This document shows positions 7,919 through 18,005 of a stretch of 64,000 bases of DNA, in pieces. A program made the translations under genes and the position numbers. The notes below the pieces were generated by a model. That model worked only from the letters and a program-made list of their open reading frames with translations, had not been told where the DNA came from and did not search any database. The stretch's first letter is position 1. The number at the start of each line of letters is the position of its first letter. The DNA comes from Bacillota bacterium (lineage in GTDB: Bacteria; Bacillota; Limnochordia; Darwinibacteriales; DTU012). Location of the stretch: NCBI GenBank assembly GCA_012837335.1, contig DURM01000007.1:31127-95126 (forward strand), given 5' to 3'.

Positions 7919-10753
7919 GTGAAAAAGCGGCTGGTATACCAACACATATTTGTAACCTTGATGGCATTAGGAGTGATCCTGGCGGGAACCTGCCAAGTTT
8001 TTGCCCAACTGGATAACTTTCAGCTTGCTGCCGCTAATGAATACCTCAATCTGTATATTAATCCTGAGACAGCTGAAGCCGCAGTTGAAGACCGGGCATC
8101 CGGAAAAATGTGGTTTACCAATCCTCAGGATCGGGCGGCCACCAGCCGCGGCACTGTGCTGCAGCGGTTAAGCAGCCAGTTTACCATTGTCTATCATAAT
8201 GAGAATATCATTGAAGTCGCTAAAGACAATTACCGCTACTGCATTACTTACGAGCAGTTCGAGATTACTCCCATTGAACAGGGAGTGCGGTTTGACTACA
8301 CAATCGTGGAAGAATGGAAGCCGGAGCACTATCTGCCCCAGATGATCAGCCAAGAGCGGATGGATGAGCTGATTTTAGGGAAAATTGCCAGCGCAAAAGA
8401 CCAGCAGACTGTGCTCGGTGTATACAATTTAATAATGCTGGCTCCTGTAGGTGATGGAGAGCGCTTGGCCATTAGAGGCTTAGATCAGGACAAGGTTTTC
8501 GGTGAATATGACGTTGTGGTTCTTAACCCGGATTACCTGGAGCAGCAGGAGACCCTGGCGGCTCTCCAAGCTGAACAGGCAGCCGCTGCGGATGAGGAGG
8601 AGAAAGCAAAACTCCAGTCTCAGATCGATAAACTGCAGCAGCAGATGAATAAAACTAAGGAAGATTTGACTCTGCGGCTTCTCCGCGTCATTCAGGGCAG
8701 CCGCGCTGATTTGGATAAAATTGATGACATTACTCCCGAGGATATGAGCCAGCTCGTCAATACGCCTACTTATCTGATGGCTCAGGTGCCGGCATTTCGC
8801 CTCACCGGAGTGCAGGCAGTTGTGGTCGAAACGGGCTATACCCCGATAGATGCGGGTTTAGATCATGAAATGAACAATCTTGATCCACCGCTTCCGAACC
8901 TGGAAATTTTCCAGGTACCAATTGAGTATGTTTTGGATGGGCCGAATCTGCTGGTGCGGATTCCCGCCAAGGACATTGTGTATCCGATTGATGTGGAAGA
9001 CACACTTGGTGAGAAGTATACGTTCCCGCTGCTGAGGATCAGTGTCTTAGAGTGGTTCGGAGCAGCCGGAGCTGAGCAAGATGGATACATTCTTGTCCCT
9101 GATGGCTCAGGTGCTTTAATCTACTTAAACAACGGCCGCATTAACGCTTCCGCGTTTAATGTTCCGGTTTACGGCCGCGACAATTCCCTTGATCTTCTCA
9201 AAGAAGTCCAGAATTACCCGGAGATTATTCGGCTGCCGGTCTTTGGTTTAAAGCAGGAGGATCAGGCGTTCTTTGCCATTATTGAAGAAGGAGCTCCGCT
9301 GGCAAGAATCAGAGCAGATATATCAGGACGGGCTGCCAACTACAACCAAGTTTACGCGGAATTTGTCCCCCTGCCGTCAGGTGAGATTTCGTACCGGATC
9401 GAAGATGTCAGTTCCGGGCGAATTCCAACCTACCAAGCAAGGAAATATGAAGGCGATTTTGTCATCCGCTTTGCTTTTCTGACCGGTGAAAAAGCTGATT
9501 ACGCCGGGATGGCTGAGTGCTACCGCAGTTATCTTACTGAGCGCTATGATTTTACACCGGTGGAAAGCAGACCTAGTATTCCGTTTTATCTGGAACTGAT
9601 TGGTGCCATCGATAAGCTGGAACCGGTTTTAGGTATTGCCCGGACAGTGACTCATCCCTTAACCACTTTCAGTCAGGCGCAAGAAATTGCCGCCGACCTT
9701 GGTGAGCAGGGGATAGAACAGATTCAGCTGAAGTATACCGGCTGGCTTCGGGGCGGTGTAAATCACCATTATCCTGACCAGGCTGCGGCAGAAAAGGTTT
9801 TGGGCGGAGAAGCTGATTTTCGCGATCTCATTGCTTTCATGGAAGAGCAGGGCTATGAACTCTATCCGAGCGTTGGTTTTATGCGGGTTTACCGCACCAG
9901 CTTTTTCAGCAAGTTCAGCCCGCGCAAGCACGCAGCGCGCTTTTTGGACCAGCTGCCAGCTCGCGCCCATAGGTTTTATTTGGATTCCTTTGAGCGGAAC
10001 TCATCCGCCTTTGAATATCTGTTATCCCCAGGCAGACTACCTTGGCTGGTGGACAGCTTTATGCAGGACTACCAGAAATACGGTTTGAACAGCATCTCCT
10101 TATTTGATATGGCCCGGGAAGTAAACTCAGATTTTGTCGATAAAGCCGAAGTTGTTATCGATCGGGTCCAGGCTGAACAGCTTGTTTCCGAGCAGCTGGA
10201 GAAGATTAAAGCATCCGGATCCAAGCTGATGGTCGATCGCGGCAATGCCTATGCGCTTCCCTACGCTGATGCAATTGTCAACCTGCCTACTTCCAGCAGT
10301 GGGTATAGTTTAGTAAATGCAAGCATTCCTTTTTATCAGATGGTAATCCACGGCTTAATTGATTACGCTGGAGAGCCGATCAATCTCGCTTCCAACCAGA
10401 CAAAGGCGGTGTTGAGGATGCTGGAGTCAGGAGGATATCCGTACTTTATCGGCAGTTATGCTGAGTCCTTTGAAGTCAAAAACACTGACTTTGAACATTT
10501 ATACGCTCTGCATTATCGGGATTGGCTCGATCATGCCGCTGAGGTTTATCGGGTAGCAAATGAAGTGCTCAAGGATGTGCAGGATCAGCGAATTGTGGAC
10601 CACAGGATTCTGGCGGACGGTGTCCACCAAACCACCTATGCAAACGGCAAGTCAATAATCGTTAACTACAACCGAGAAGCAGTGACTGTTGACGGCAGAT
10701 GGATTGGTGCAGAGAACTTTATTGTATTGGAGGGCGGAGTTTATGAACATTAA
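7919..10753 (+). CDS. Large secreted hypothetical protein (944 aa) with signal peptide and coiled-coil; DUF5696-like, possibly a distant glycoside hydrolase
   Basis: GTG start after AGGGGAGAG. Signal peptide MKKRLVYQHIFVTLMALGVILAGTCQVFAQ. Coiled-coil QQETLAALQAEQAAAADEEEKAKLQSQIDKLQQQMNKTKEDL. No recognisable catalytic motif. The family call is from memory of Paenibacillus-type loci. Confidence 0.35.
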   Translation: MKKRLVYQHIFVTLMALGVILAGTCQVFAQLDNFQLAAANEYLNLYINPETAEAAVEDRASGKMWFTNPQDRAATSRGTVLQRLSSQFTIVYHNENIIEVAKDNYRYCITYEQFEITPIEQGVRFDYTIVEEWKPEHYLPQMISQERMDELILGKIASAKDQQTVLGVYNLIMLAPVGDGERLAIRGLDQDKVFGEYDVVVLNPDYLEQQETLAALQAEQAAAADEEEKAKLQSQIDKLQQQMNKTKEDLTLRLLRVIQGSRADLDKIDDITPEDMSQLVNTPTYLMAQVPAFRLTGVQAVVVETGYTPIDAGLDHEMNNLDPPLPNLEIFQVPIEYVLDGPNLLVRIPAKDIVYPIDVEDTLGEKYTFPLLRISVLEWFGAAGAEQDGYILVPDGSGALIYLNNGRINASAFNVPVYGRDNSLDLLKEVQNYPEIIRLPVFGLKQEDQAFFAIIEEGAPLARIRADISGRAANYNQVYAEFVPLPSGEISYRIEDVSSGRIPTYQARKYEGDFVIRFAFLTGEKADYAGMAECYRSYLTERYDFTPVESRPSIPFYLELIGAIDKLEPVLGIARTVTHPLTTFSQAQEIAADLGEQGIEQIQLKYTGWLRGGVNHHYPDQAAAEKVLGGEADFRDLIAFMEEQGYELYPSVGFMRVYRTSFFSKFSPRKHAARFLDQLPARAHRFYLDSFERNSSAFEYLLSPGRLPWLVDSFMQDYQKYGLNSISLFDMAREVNSDFVDKAEVVIDRVQAEQLVSEQLEKIKASGSKLMVDRGNAYALPYADAIVNLPTSSSGYSLVNASIPFYQMVIHGLIDYAGEPINLASNQTKAVLRMLESGGYPYFIGSYAESFEVKNTDFEHLYALHYRDWLDHAAEVYRVANEVLKDVQDQRIVDHRILADGVHQTTYANGKSIIVNYNREAVTVDGRWIGAENFIVLEGGVYEH

Positions 10754-11648
10754 ATTGCCGCGCTTAACTCTCAGGCGCAAGCGGGCGATGTGGGGGTATG
10801 TGTTTACAGCTCCTTTTGCCATTGGTTTTGTTCTCTTTTTCCTGGCGCCGATGCTGCAGTCAATCCAATTTGCCTTTAACGAGCTGACCATGACTGCTTC
10901 AGGATTCAATCTGCACAATGTAGGCTGGGAGAATTTTCGGTATGTGCTGCAGGTCGACCCTGATTTTCTCCAGATCTTTACAGAAACCACTTTAGGAATT
11001 CTGATCGATATTCCGGCTGTAATAATCTTCAGCTTTTTTGCAGCCAGTCTCTTAAACCAAAGGTTCCGCGGCCGCACGATTGCGCGGGTGATCTTCTTTA
11101 TGCCGGTAGTGCTGACAGCCGGTGTAATCTACGAGCTGGAAGTCCAAGACATTTTCCACCACATGCGTGCTTATGTCCCGGGGCAGGATGGATTCATCTC
11201 CGGATCTCAGGCTCTGATTGGACTGATGTTTAGGCTGCAGATACCCGCGGCCTTTGTCCAGTACATCATTACGGCGGTTGGCCGCATCCCTGCAATCATT
11301 AATGCGTCAGCTATTCCGATCCTGATCTTTTTAGCAGGACTGCAGGGGATTCCTTCGTCACTGTATGAATGCGCCAAAATCGAAGGTGCTACCGGGTGGG
11401 AGAGTTTTTGGAAGATTACCTTTCCGCTGATCTCGCCCCTGTTTTTGACCAATATCGTTTATATTATTGTTGATTCGTTTACCACCCCCGCTAACCAGCT
11501 TGTTGACCACATATATAAAACGGCATGGCTGCGTAATATGTTTGGCGCGAGTGTGGCCATGACCTGGATGTACTTTGCTGCTATTGCCGTGATTATTCTG
11601 CTGGTTTTTGCAGTCTTATCAAGACGGGTTGTCTATATGGAGGAGTGA
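10743..11648 (+). CDS. Carbohydrate ABC transporter permease (MalF/UgpA-type)
   Basis: ATG at 10743 overlaps the upstream stop. Six TM helices and the EAA-like loop region (YECAKIEGATGWESFWKITFPLI) are present. Confidence 0.75.
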   Translation: MNIKLPRLTLRRKRAMWGYVFTAPFAIGFVLFFLAPMLQSIQFAFNELTMTASGFNLHNVGWENFRYVLQVDPDFLQIFTETTLGILIDIPAVIIFSFFAASLLNQRFRGRTIARVIFFMPVVLTAGVIYELEVQDIFHHMRAYVPGQDGFISGSQALIGLMFRLQIPAAFVQYIITAVGRIPAIINASAIPILIFLAGLQGIPSSLYECAKIEGATGWESFWKITFPLISPLFLTNIVYIIVDSFTTPANQLVDHIYKTAWLRNMFGASVAMTWMYFAAIAVIILLVFAVLSRRVVYMEE

Positions 11649-11652
11649 CAAA

Positions 11653-12621
11653 ATGGGTATGGAAGCTAGGATTGCTGCGAAGGATGAAATGCGCCATGTC
11701 AGCAAGTACAGCACATCAAGCTACTGGGCTGCTACCGCTTGGAGCCTGGTTAGGGCAGTCTTGATTGCGGGCATCTGCTTTATCATTGTCTACCCGGTGC
11801 TGGTCAAGTTTTCATCTTCGCTGATGACTGAAGCGGATTTGTTCGATGTCACCGTGCGCTGGGTTCCCCGCCGCTTTAACATCCGCACTGTTGTTGGTAA
11901 TTATGTAGATGTTTACCGGGAGATGGATTATCTGCGGGCGCTGTTTAACTCAACGGTATTAGCCTTAACTGTGGCTGTGCTGCAGGCGGCATCGTGTACC
12001 GTTATCGGCTACGGTTTGGCGCGGTTTGAGTTTTTCGGCAACCGCCTCATGTTCGCGATGGTTATCTTTACCCTGCTGGTGCCTCCTCAGATGGTAAACA
12101 TACCGCTGTTCTTGAATTTTCGGACCTTTGATTTATTTGGATTGTTGGAAAACCCGATCAATCTCATCGGCACATATTGGCCGTTTGTGCTCACTTCGAT
12201 AACCGGATTAGGTCTCAAAAACGGACTTTTTATCTACATTATGCGGCAGTTTTTTAAAGGCATGCCGAAGAGCTTGGAAGAAGCAGCCCTGGTGGATGGA
12301 GCGGGACAGCTGCGCACGTTCTTTAGAATTATGCTGCCGGGTGCCAAGGTTTCTCTGATTATTGTCTTCTTATTCTCGTTTGTCTGGCAGTACAATGATT
12401 TGTTCTTAACGTCCATGTATATGCGGCAGACTCAGACGCTGCTGCCGTTTAAACTGAGAAACCTGACTTTGATTTTTGACAACCTGGATTACTCGGATGA
12501 GTATATTTCGGTGATTATCAACACAGGAATGATTATGTTCATTACGCCGGTACTACTGCTGTACGCTTTCCTGCAGAGATACTTTATTGAAAGTATTGAG
12601 CGGACTGGAATTGTGGGTTAG
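11653..12621 (+). CDS. Carbohydrate ABC transporter permease (MalG/UgpE-type)
   Basis: ATG at 11653 after GGAGTGA. EAA motif EEAALVDGAGQLRTFFRIMLP is present. Confidence 0.75.
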   Translation: MGMEARIAAKDEMRHVSKYSTSSYWAATAWSLVRAVLIAGICFIIVYPVLVKFSSSLMTEADLFDVTVRWVPRRFNIRTVVGNYVDVYREMDYLRALFNSTVLALTVAVLQAASCTVIGYGLARFEFFGNRLMFAMVIFTLLVPPQMVNIPLFLNFRTFDLFGLLENPINLIGTYWPFVLTSITGLGLKNGLFIYIMRQFFKGMPKSLEEAALVDGAGQLRTFFRIMLPGAKVSLIIVFLFSFVWQYNDLFLTSMYMRQTQTLLPFKLRNLTLIFDNLDYSDEYISVIINTGMIMFITPVLLLYAFLQRYFIESIERTGIVG

Positions 12622-12632
12622 GGGCTGATTTT

Positions 12633-14909
12633 GTGAAACAAAGCAATAATTTTATCGGAGATATGCTCGACTTTGATTTGCCGGAGGCAGCTGATGATGT
12701 TTTCTGGCTTGGCGGGAGACCGACGGCGGTTCGGGCAGAAAATGGCGCTGCAGTGATTACAATACCCTTTCAAGCCCAGACCAGGCCGAAATTAAATCCT
12801 GATCCTTCGCAAGCGCCGAAATCCTATGATCTGATTGTCCGAGCTTACGGAGAGAAGATCGTCCGCTGTTCCATTTCTTTTGGCAGTGACTTTCCGGAAG
12901 ATGACACCAATGTGATGATGGAATGGGATCCGGCTCTTAAGCAGGAGCCATTAGAAGTTAGACCAGCTGCAGCAGGCTGGGATATAGTTGACAGCAGCGG
13001 AAATGTGCGGATGACCATCACGACCGCAGAGCAACCCATTAAAAAGTGGAGCTCGCTGCTGCCGCCGCCGCAGGATATCTTTGCTGCTGCCGTCTACCCC
13101 GATGGTAAAACCGCTGTGCCCTTTATGGCTTATGATACTTTTTCACCGGGGCACATCGATTCCGCCAGCTTGGGCTATGTAGAGCGTGATTCTAAACCAA
13201 ACCGCTCTGTGTTTTCGCTGTACGCAGGACCGGATGAAAAGTTTGCCGGAACCGGCGAGCGGTTTTTGGGCATGAACCTTTCCGGACAAACCATTATTTT
13301 AGAAAATGAGGATGCGGCCGGTGCTAACAGCCGCAGGGCTTATAAAAACATTCCGTTTTACCTTTCCAGCCGCGGTTATGGACTCTTAATTATGACTTCC
13401 TACCATGTGCGGCTTTCTCTGGCCGATATCTCAACCAGAGCGGCTCAAGGGCTGGTTGAATCAGATCTTCTGGATCTGTTTTTTATCGGAGGCGAGACTC
13501 CGGCTGAGATTATTCGCGGTTACTGGCAGATAACCGGATATCCCCGGAATGTGCCGCTATGGTCATATGGTGTATGGATGAGCCGCATGACCTACTTTTC
13601 AGCCGAAGAAACGCTGGATATCGCCCGTAAGCTGAGGGAAGGCGGATATCCCTGCGATGTAATTCACCTTGATACCGGATGGTTCCGGAAAGATTGGCAG
13701 TGCGAGTGGGAGTTTAACGAAAGAACCTTCCCCGATCCCAAGGGCTACATGGGTCAGATGCGGGACATGGGGATCAGAATCTCGCTGTGGCAGACTCCAA
13801 ATGTTGCGAAGAAAACGAAGCATTACCAGACGGCCATCGAAAATGGCTATCTGCCCCGGAAGCGGGCTGCTTCAGGGGATGCTTCCAACTTCGGCGCGGT
13901 AGAATACGGCGGCCGGATTGATTTTACCAATCCGGAAGCGGTTAAGTGGTACCAGGGGCTTTTGAAAAATCTTTTTGATTTGGGTGCTGAAGTAATCAAA
14001 ACTGACTTTGGTGAGATGATTGATTCCAACGCTGAGTTTTTTAACGGCATGAGCGGTGAGGAACTCCACAATCTCTACGCTCTTTTGTACCAGAAAGCAG
14101 CTTTCGATATTACAGAAAAGACTAAAGGCCGGGATCAGGCCATAATTTGGGCGCGGGCCGGTTGGACAGGATGCCAGCGGTATCCAGTGCACTGGAACGG
14201 GGACTGCGCCAGCACTTGGGATGGTCTGGCGGGAACAATTCGGTCGGGACTGCACATCGGTGTTTCCGGATTTGCCTTTTGGAGCCATGATGTGGGAGGG
14301 TTTCATGGACTTCCGGATTTTATGAACAGCTGGCCCGATGAAAAATTGTATCTGCGCTGGACTCAAGTAGGCGTTTTTACCAGCCACATGCGCTATCACG
14401 GCACTAATCCCCGGGAACCTTATCTCTATCCGGAAGTAAGCGATTTGGTGAGGGAGTGGCTGAAACTCCGCTATGCTCTGATTCCGTATCTGGATGAGCA
14501 GGGCAAAAAGGCGGTCAGCAGCGGTTATCCTGTCCTGCGGGCTTTGATTTTCCATCATTATGATGATCCATTCTGCTGGTATATCGATGATCAGTTCTAC
14601 TGTGGTGATCAGCTCTTAATTGCGCCGATCCTGAATCCGGAAGGAATCAGAAATGTTTATCTGCCGGCAGGTCAGTGGACCGATTTTTGGACCGGTGAAG
14701 TGATTGTAGGACCGGTGATGTTAAAGGATGTCAAAGCGGAGCTGTCCCGGATTCCAGTTTACTGCGCAACCGGATCGAAGATTTCGGTTTATCCAGAGGT
14801 GGTGCAGCATACTGGTGAAATGGATTTGAATAAAACTGTCCACCTAAATTTTGACCAAACATATCGGGGCTTTGACCAGTCTATTTTAGGTAAAATCATT
14901 AAAATTTAG
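12633..14909 (+). CDS. Glycoside hydrolase family 31 (alpha-xylosidase/alpha-glucosidase-like)
   Basis: GTG start. GH31 catalytic region DVIHLDTGWF and KTDFGE (as in YicI), plus WNGDCASTWDGL. No signal peptide. Confidence 0.75.
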   Translation: MKQSNNFIGDMLDFDLPEAADDVFWLGGRPTAVRAENGAAVITIPFQAQTRPKLNPDPSQAPKSYDLIVRAYGEKIVRCSISFGSDFPEDDTNVMMEWDPALKQEPLEVRPAAAGWDIVDSSGNVRMTITTAEQPIKKWSSLLPPPQDIFAAAVYPDGKTAVPFMAYDTFSPGHIDSASLGYVERDSKPNRSVFSLYAGPDEKFAGTGERFLGMNLSGQTIILENEDAAGANSRRAYKNIPFYLSSRGYGLLIMTSYHVRLSLADISTRAAQGLVESDLLDLFFIGGETPAEIIRGYWQITGYPRNVPLWSYGVWMSRMTYFSAEETLDIARKLREGGYPCDVIHLDTGWFRKDWQCEWEFNERTFPDPKGYMGQMRDMGIRISLWQTPNVAKKTKHYQTAIENGYLPRKRAASGDASNFGAVEYGGRIDFTNPEAVKWYQGLLKNLFDLGAEVIKTDFGEMIDSNAEFFNGMSGEELHNLYALLYQKAAFDITEKTKGRDQAIIWARAGWTGCQRYPVHWNGDCASTWDGLAGTIRSGLHIGVSGFAFWSHDVGGFHGLPDFMNSWPDEKLYLRWTQVGVFTSHMRYHGTNPREPYLYPEVSDLVREWLKLRYALIPYLDEQGKKAVSSGYPVLRALIFHHYDDPFCWYIDDQFYCGDQLLIAPILNPEGIRNVYLPAGQWTDFWTGEVIVGPVMLKDVKAELSRIPVYCATGSKISVYPEVVQHTGEMDLNKTVHLNFDQTYRGFDQSILGKIIKI

Positions 14910-14956
14910 AGGTTAAGAAACGGTGTTATATATTAAGTAATTGGGAAAGATGCTCT

Positions 14957-14985
14957 TGATTTTTTAGCTGGAGACGCATATAATT
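14957..14985 (+). promoter_or_regulatory. Sigma-A-type promoter (TTGATT-17 nt-TATAAT) upstream of the solute-binding protein gene
   Basis: TTGATT at 14957-14962, TATAAT at 14980-14985, then a ~180-nt leader. Confidence 0.55.
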
Positions 14986-15167
14986 TAGATGAAGGTAAAA
15001 AATGCGTGTTGTTTTAGTAAATGCTAACTAAAAATTGACTAAAAAAGTTGGCTGGAGATCAGCGTCGGATTTAGTGCGGAAAGTACAAAACTGTCAAGGC
15101 TGCACTATCAGACTTATCGTTAGGGATGAGTCTGATTCAAAACAAAAATTAAGGAGGAGGTCTATTT

Positions 15168-16532
15168 ATGTTTACAAAGGGAAAAATGCTGGTTCCTAGT
15201 TTGATCCTGGTGATCGCGCTAGTTATGGCCAGCGGATTCGCAGCAGCCAATCAGGAGTTTGATTTCAATGGCGAAACATTGAAATTCCAAACTCGCTGGT
15301 GGGGTGTAACTCCACTTGGACCGAGAAACGAGTTTGACTGGTACGGTCCAGATTCACTGCTTCAAGCGCACATTGAAGAAATTGAGGAAATGTTTAACTG
15401 CAAGATCGAATGGGTTGAGCCCGGCGAGTGGTTTGGTGACCAATCATTCCTGGTAACCCACATGATGGCGGGAGATCTGCCGTTCCACTTCACTCACTTA
15501 GAAGAAGAAAGAATGGCGATTCAAGCTTCCCTGGGAACTCTCGCTCCTTTAGAAGATGTACTGGAAGACGACTTCTATGAAGGCTATCCAGATCTGTTCA
15601 AATCCGACGTTCGCAATCCCGGCTATACTTTCGGCAACCATGTCTACGGTTTTGAAGCGCTGAACTTCCAGCGGGAAGTTGTTGGTATTATTTGGAACAT
15701 TGATTTATTCGAGCGGGAAGGCCTGCCTAACCTCTATGAGCTGTACGAGAATGGCGAGTGGACCTATGAAGTAATGGCTGACATTGCCCGCAAAGCAACC
15801 AAGGATACAGACGGCGACGGCGTTATCGACCAAATGGGATTATATGTGGATCCCCAGAGATTCTATACTCACGCAGTCTATTCATTCGGCGGCTCCTTTG
15901 AAAGAAACGCCAACGGCAAGATCGAGTTTGCCCTTAACGATCCAAAATCACTGCAGGGTCTCGAGTTCGCAGTTGGATTGTTCAGAGAAGGCGTAGCTAA
16001 CGCTGACTATTGGGGCAAGCGTCGGGATGGTAACTTTGCAATGGGTTACTACTACGTCCATGACCTGCCGAACGTTGGTCAAAACTCCACCGATCGCTTC
16101 GGTATTGTTCCGCCGCCAAAAGGACCGGGCAGCGATGAGCACCTGGTCGACATCTGGAGTCAGTGGATGGGTGTTATTCCCCTTGGCGTTGAGAATCCAA
16201 GAGGCGTAATCGAAGTTGCTAAAGCGCTCTTCGGTTTAAGTGAACCTTACATCGCAGATATGAGCGCGTGGGAAGACAATTGGTGGTACGTATCACCGGG
16301 TCACGGCAACTACATCCAGGATATGGAAACATTTGAAAACTGGCAGTGGATGCTCGGTAACGCTAGAGGCCTGCTGGCACCGTACCTGAAGATGGCGATC
16401 AAGATGGCTGACTGGGATTGGTGGACTAAGTTCCATAACGCAGTTGTTACTGACGGCCAAAGTATCTCGGCTTACATTGATCAGTGGACACCAGTAATTC
16501 AAGCAGAATTGGATTCAGTACTAGGCCAATAA
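15168..16532 (+). CDS. Extracellular solute-binding protein (SBP family 1) of the sugar ABC transporter
   Basis: Strong RBS AAGGAGGAGG 7 nt upstream. N-terminal signal/anchor MLVPSLILVIALVMASGFAAANQ with no lipobox Cys. SBP_bac_1 hallmark YEVMADIARKATKDTDGDGVIDQMG. Confidence 0.6.
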   Translation: MFTKGKMLVPSLILVIALVMASGFAAANQEFDFNGETLKFQTRWWGVTPLGPRNEFDWYGPDSLLQAHIEEIEEMFNCKIEWVEPGEWFGDQSFLVTHMMAGDLPFHFTHLEEERMAIQASLGTLAPLEDVLEDDFYEGYPDLFKSDVRNPGYTFGNHVYGFEALNFQREVVGIIWNIDLFEREGLPNLYELYENGEWTYEVMADIARKATKDTDGDGVIDQMGLYVDPQRFYTHAVYSFGGSFERNANGKIEFALNDPKSLQGLEFAVGLFREGVANADYWGKRRDGNFAMGYYYVHDLPNVGQNSTDRFGIVPPPKGPGSDEHLVDIWSQWMGVIPLGVENPRGVIEVAKALFGLSEPYIADMSAWEDNWWYVSPGHGNYIQDMETFENWQWMLGNARGLLAPYLKMAIKMADWDWWTKFHNAVVTDGQSISAYIDQWTPVIQAELDSVLGQ

Positions 16533-16570
16533 GTGAAGGAGAAAGCATTTGACTTTTAATTTAAAAATGA

Positions 16571-16601
16571 AAAGAGCTAGATGAACAGTCTAGCTCTTTT
16601 C
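16571..16601 (+). terminator. Rho-independent terminator
   Basis: AGAGCTAGA-tgaacag-TCTAGCTCT followed by TTTT. Confidence 0.6.
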
Positions 16602-16645
16602 ACTACTATAGAAACCAGTTATTAGAAAAGTGGAGGAAAGAAGGT

Positions 16646-17986
16646 ATGACAAAACCATATGTTCGGGAAATGACCGGTGACGAGCTGAAGTCAATGCTGA
16701 AAAGCAGCATTCAGTTTAAGAGCTTGGGAGGGGTAAAGCATCCCGGATTAAAACTCAGCGAAGAGGATTTGGTCTGGTGGCGGGATGCCAAGTTCGGCAT
16801 GTTTATTCACTGGGGGCTGTATTCGATTCTCGGCAGAGGCGAATGGGTAATGCACAATGAGAAAATCCCTGCGGAAGAATACAGAAAATTGGCGCAGGAA
16901 TTTAACCCTCAGCATTTTGATGCGGATCAATGGGCTCAGATTGCCAAGGATGCGGGTATGCGCTACATGGTGATGGTATCCCGCCACCATGACGGCTTTG
17001 CGCTTTGGGACAGCCCCGGCAGCTACCAGGATTTTACCAGCATGAATTCAGCCGCCAAACGGGATTTTGTCAAGGAGTATGTAGAGGCGTGCCGCAGAGC
17101 CGGCCTCAAGGTTGGGCTCTACTATTCGCCCATGGACTGGCGCTTCCCCGGCTATTTTCAGCCAAAAGAGCTTCTGGACAACGCTCTCTTGATGAAAAAG
17201 CAGTGCTACGATCAAGTCCGGGAATTGATGACCAACTATGGGCCGATTGATATTCTCTGGTATGACGGCGCTTGGCTGGCTCACAAAAACCACGACCCGG
17301 ATGCGGCTTGGCTGTGGGAACCGATCAAACTTAACCAGATGGTGCGGGAGATCAATCCCAAGGTTGTAATTAACCCCCGCTCGGGCTGGGAAGGGGATTT
17401 CTACTGTGATGAAGGCTCCCATGAGATTTCCGGCGGCATAATTCCGGTACCATGGGAAAAATGTCTGTGCATCTGCAGCGGCACCTCCTGGGGCTGGATT
17501 CCTGATGATCCGGTGATGGAATTTGATGATGCAATCAGAATGTTTGTCAATGTGTGGGTTCGCGACGGCAATATTCTCTTGAACGTAGGCCCTGATCGAG
17601 ACGGGCTGTTCCCGCCTGAGGTTGTGGAAAGACTGGAGGAAATTGGAGTATGGATGCGGGCAAATGGTGAAAGTATCTACGGCACCCGCGGCGGTCCGTT
17701 CCAGCCGGTGGATCAGGTATACGGCAGCACTTATAAGGATCATAAAATTTATGTGCATATTCTCGATTACGACAAGTTTAAGGATCTGCGTCTGCCTGCG
17801 CTGGAGCAGAAGATTGTCAGCTGTCAAACAATCGGCGGTGAACAGGTAGAGTTTGAGCAGACAGAGGGAGGAATTAAAATCTCCTTATCTCCAGATCAGA
17901 TCACACCTCCGGACACAATTGTTGTGCTGGAATTGGATGCCCCAGTGCCCAAACCAGAGCTGGAAGAAATATCATTTAAAGGTTAG
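16646..17986 (+). CDS. Alpha-L-fucosidase, glycoside hydrolase family 29
   Basis: AKFGMFIHWGLYS and RHHDGFALWDS GH29 motifs. No signal peptide. Confidence 0.8.
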   Translation: MTKPYVREMTGDELKSMLKSSIQFKSLGGVKHPGLKLSEEDLVWWRDAKFGMFIHWGLYSILGRGEWVMHNEKIPAEEYRKLAQEFNPQHFDADQWAQIAKDAGMRYMVMVSRHHDGFALWDSPGSYQDFTSMNSAAKRDFVKEYVEACRRAGLKVGLYYSPMDWRFPGYFQPKELLDNALLMKKQCYDQVRELMTNYGPIDILWYDGAWLAHKNHDPDAAWLWEPIKLNQMVREINPKVVINPRSGWEGDFYCDEGSHEISGGIIPVPWEKCLCICSGTSWGWIPDDPVMEFDDAIRMFVNVWVRDGNILLNVGPDRDGLFPPEVVERLEEIGVWMRANGESIYGTRGGPFQPVDQVYGSTYKDHKIYVHILDYDKFKDLRLPALEQKIVSCQTIGGEQVEFEQTEGGIKISLSPDQITPPDTIVVLELDAPVPKPELEEISFKG

Positions 17987-18005
17987 TACAGAAAAGGAGT
18001 CCAAG

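Noticed and set aside
15004-15033. Nine-codon upstream ORF (MRVVLVNAN) in the SBP leader
   Set aside because: No RBS and too short to support as a gene. I mention it only as a possible leader feature.
17048-17827. 259-aa minus-strand ORF inside the GH29 gene. Similar long antisense ORFs are at 13872-14558, 20867-21490, 26480-27073, 54939-55619, 55492-56025 and 45345-45893.
   Set aside because: Each lies entirely within and antisense to a well-supported CDS. Their translations are low-complexity and Arg/Pro/Ser-rich, with no motifs or RBS. They are shadow ORFs typical of ~50% GC coding DNA.
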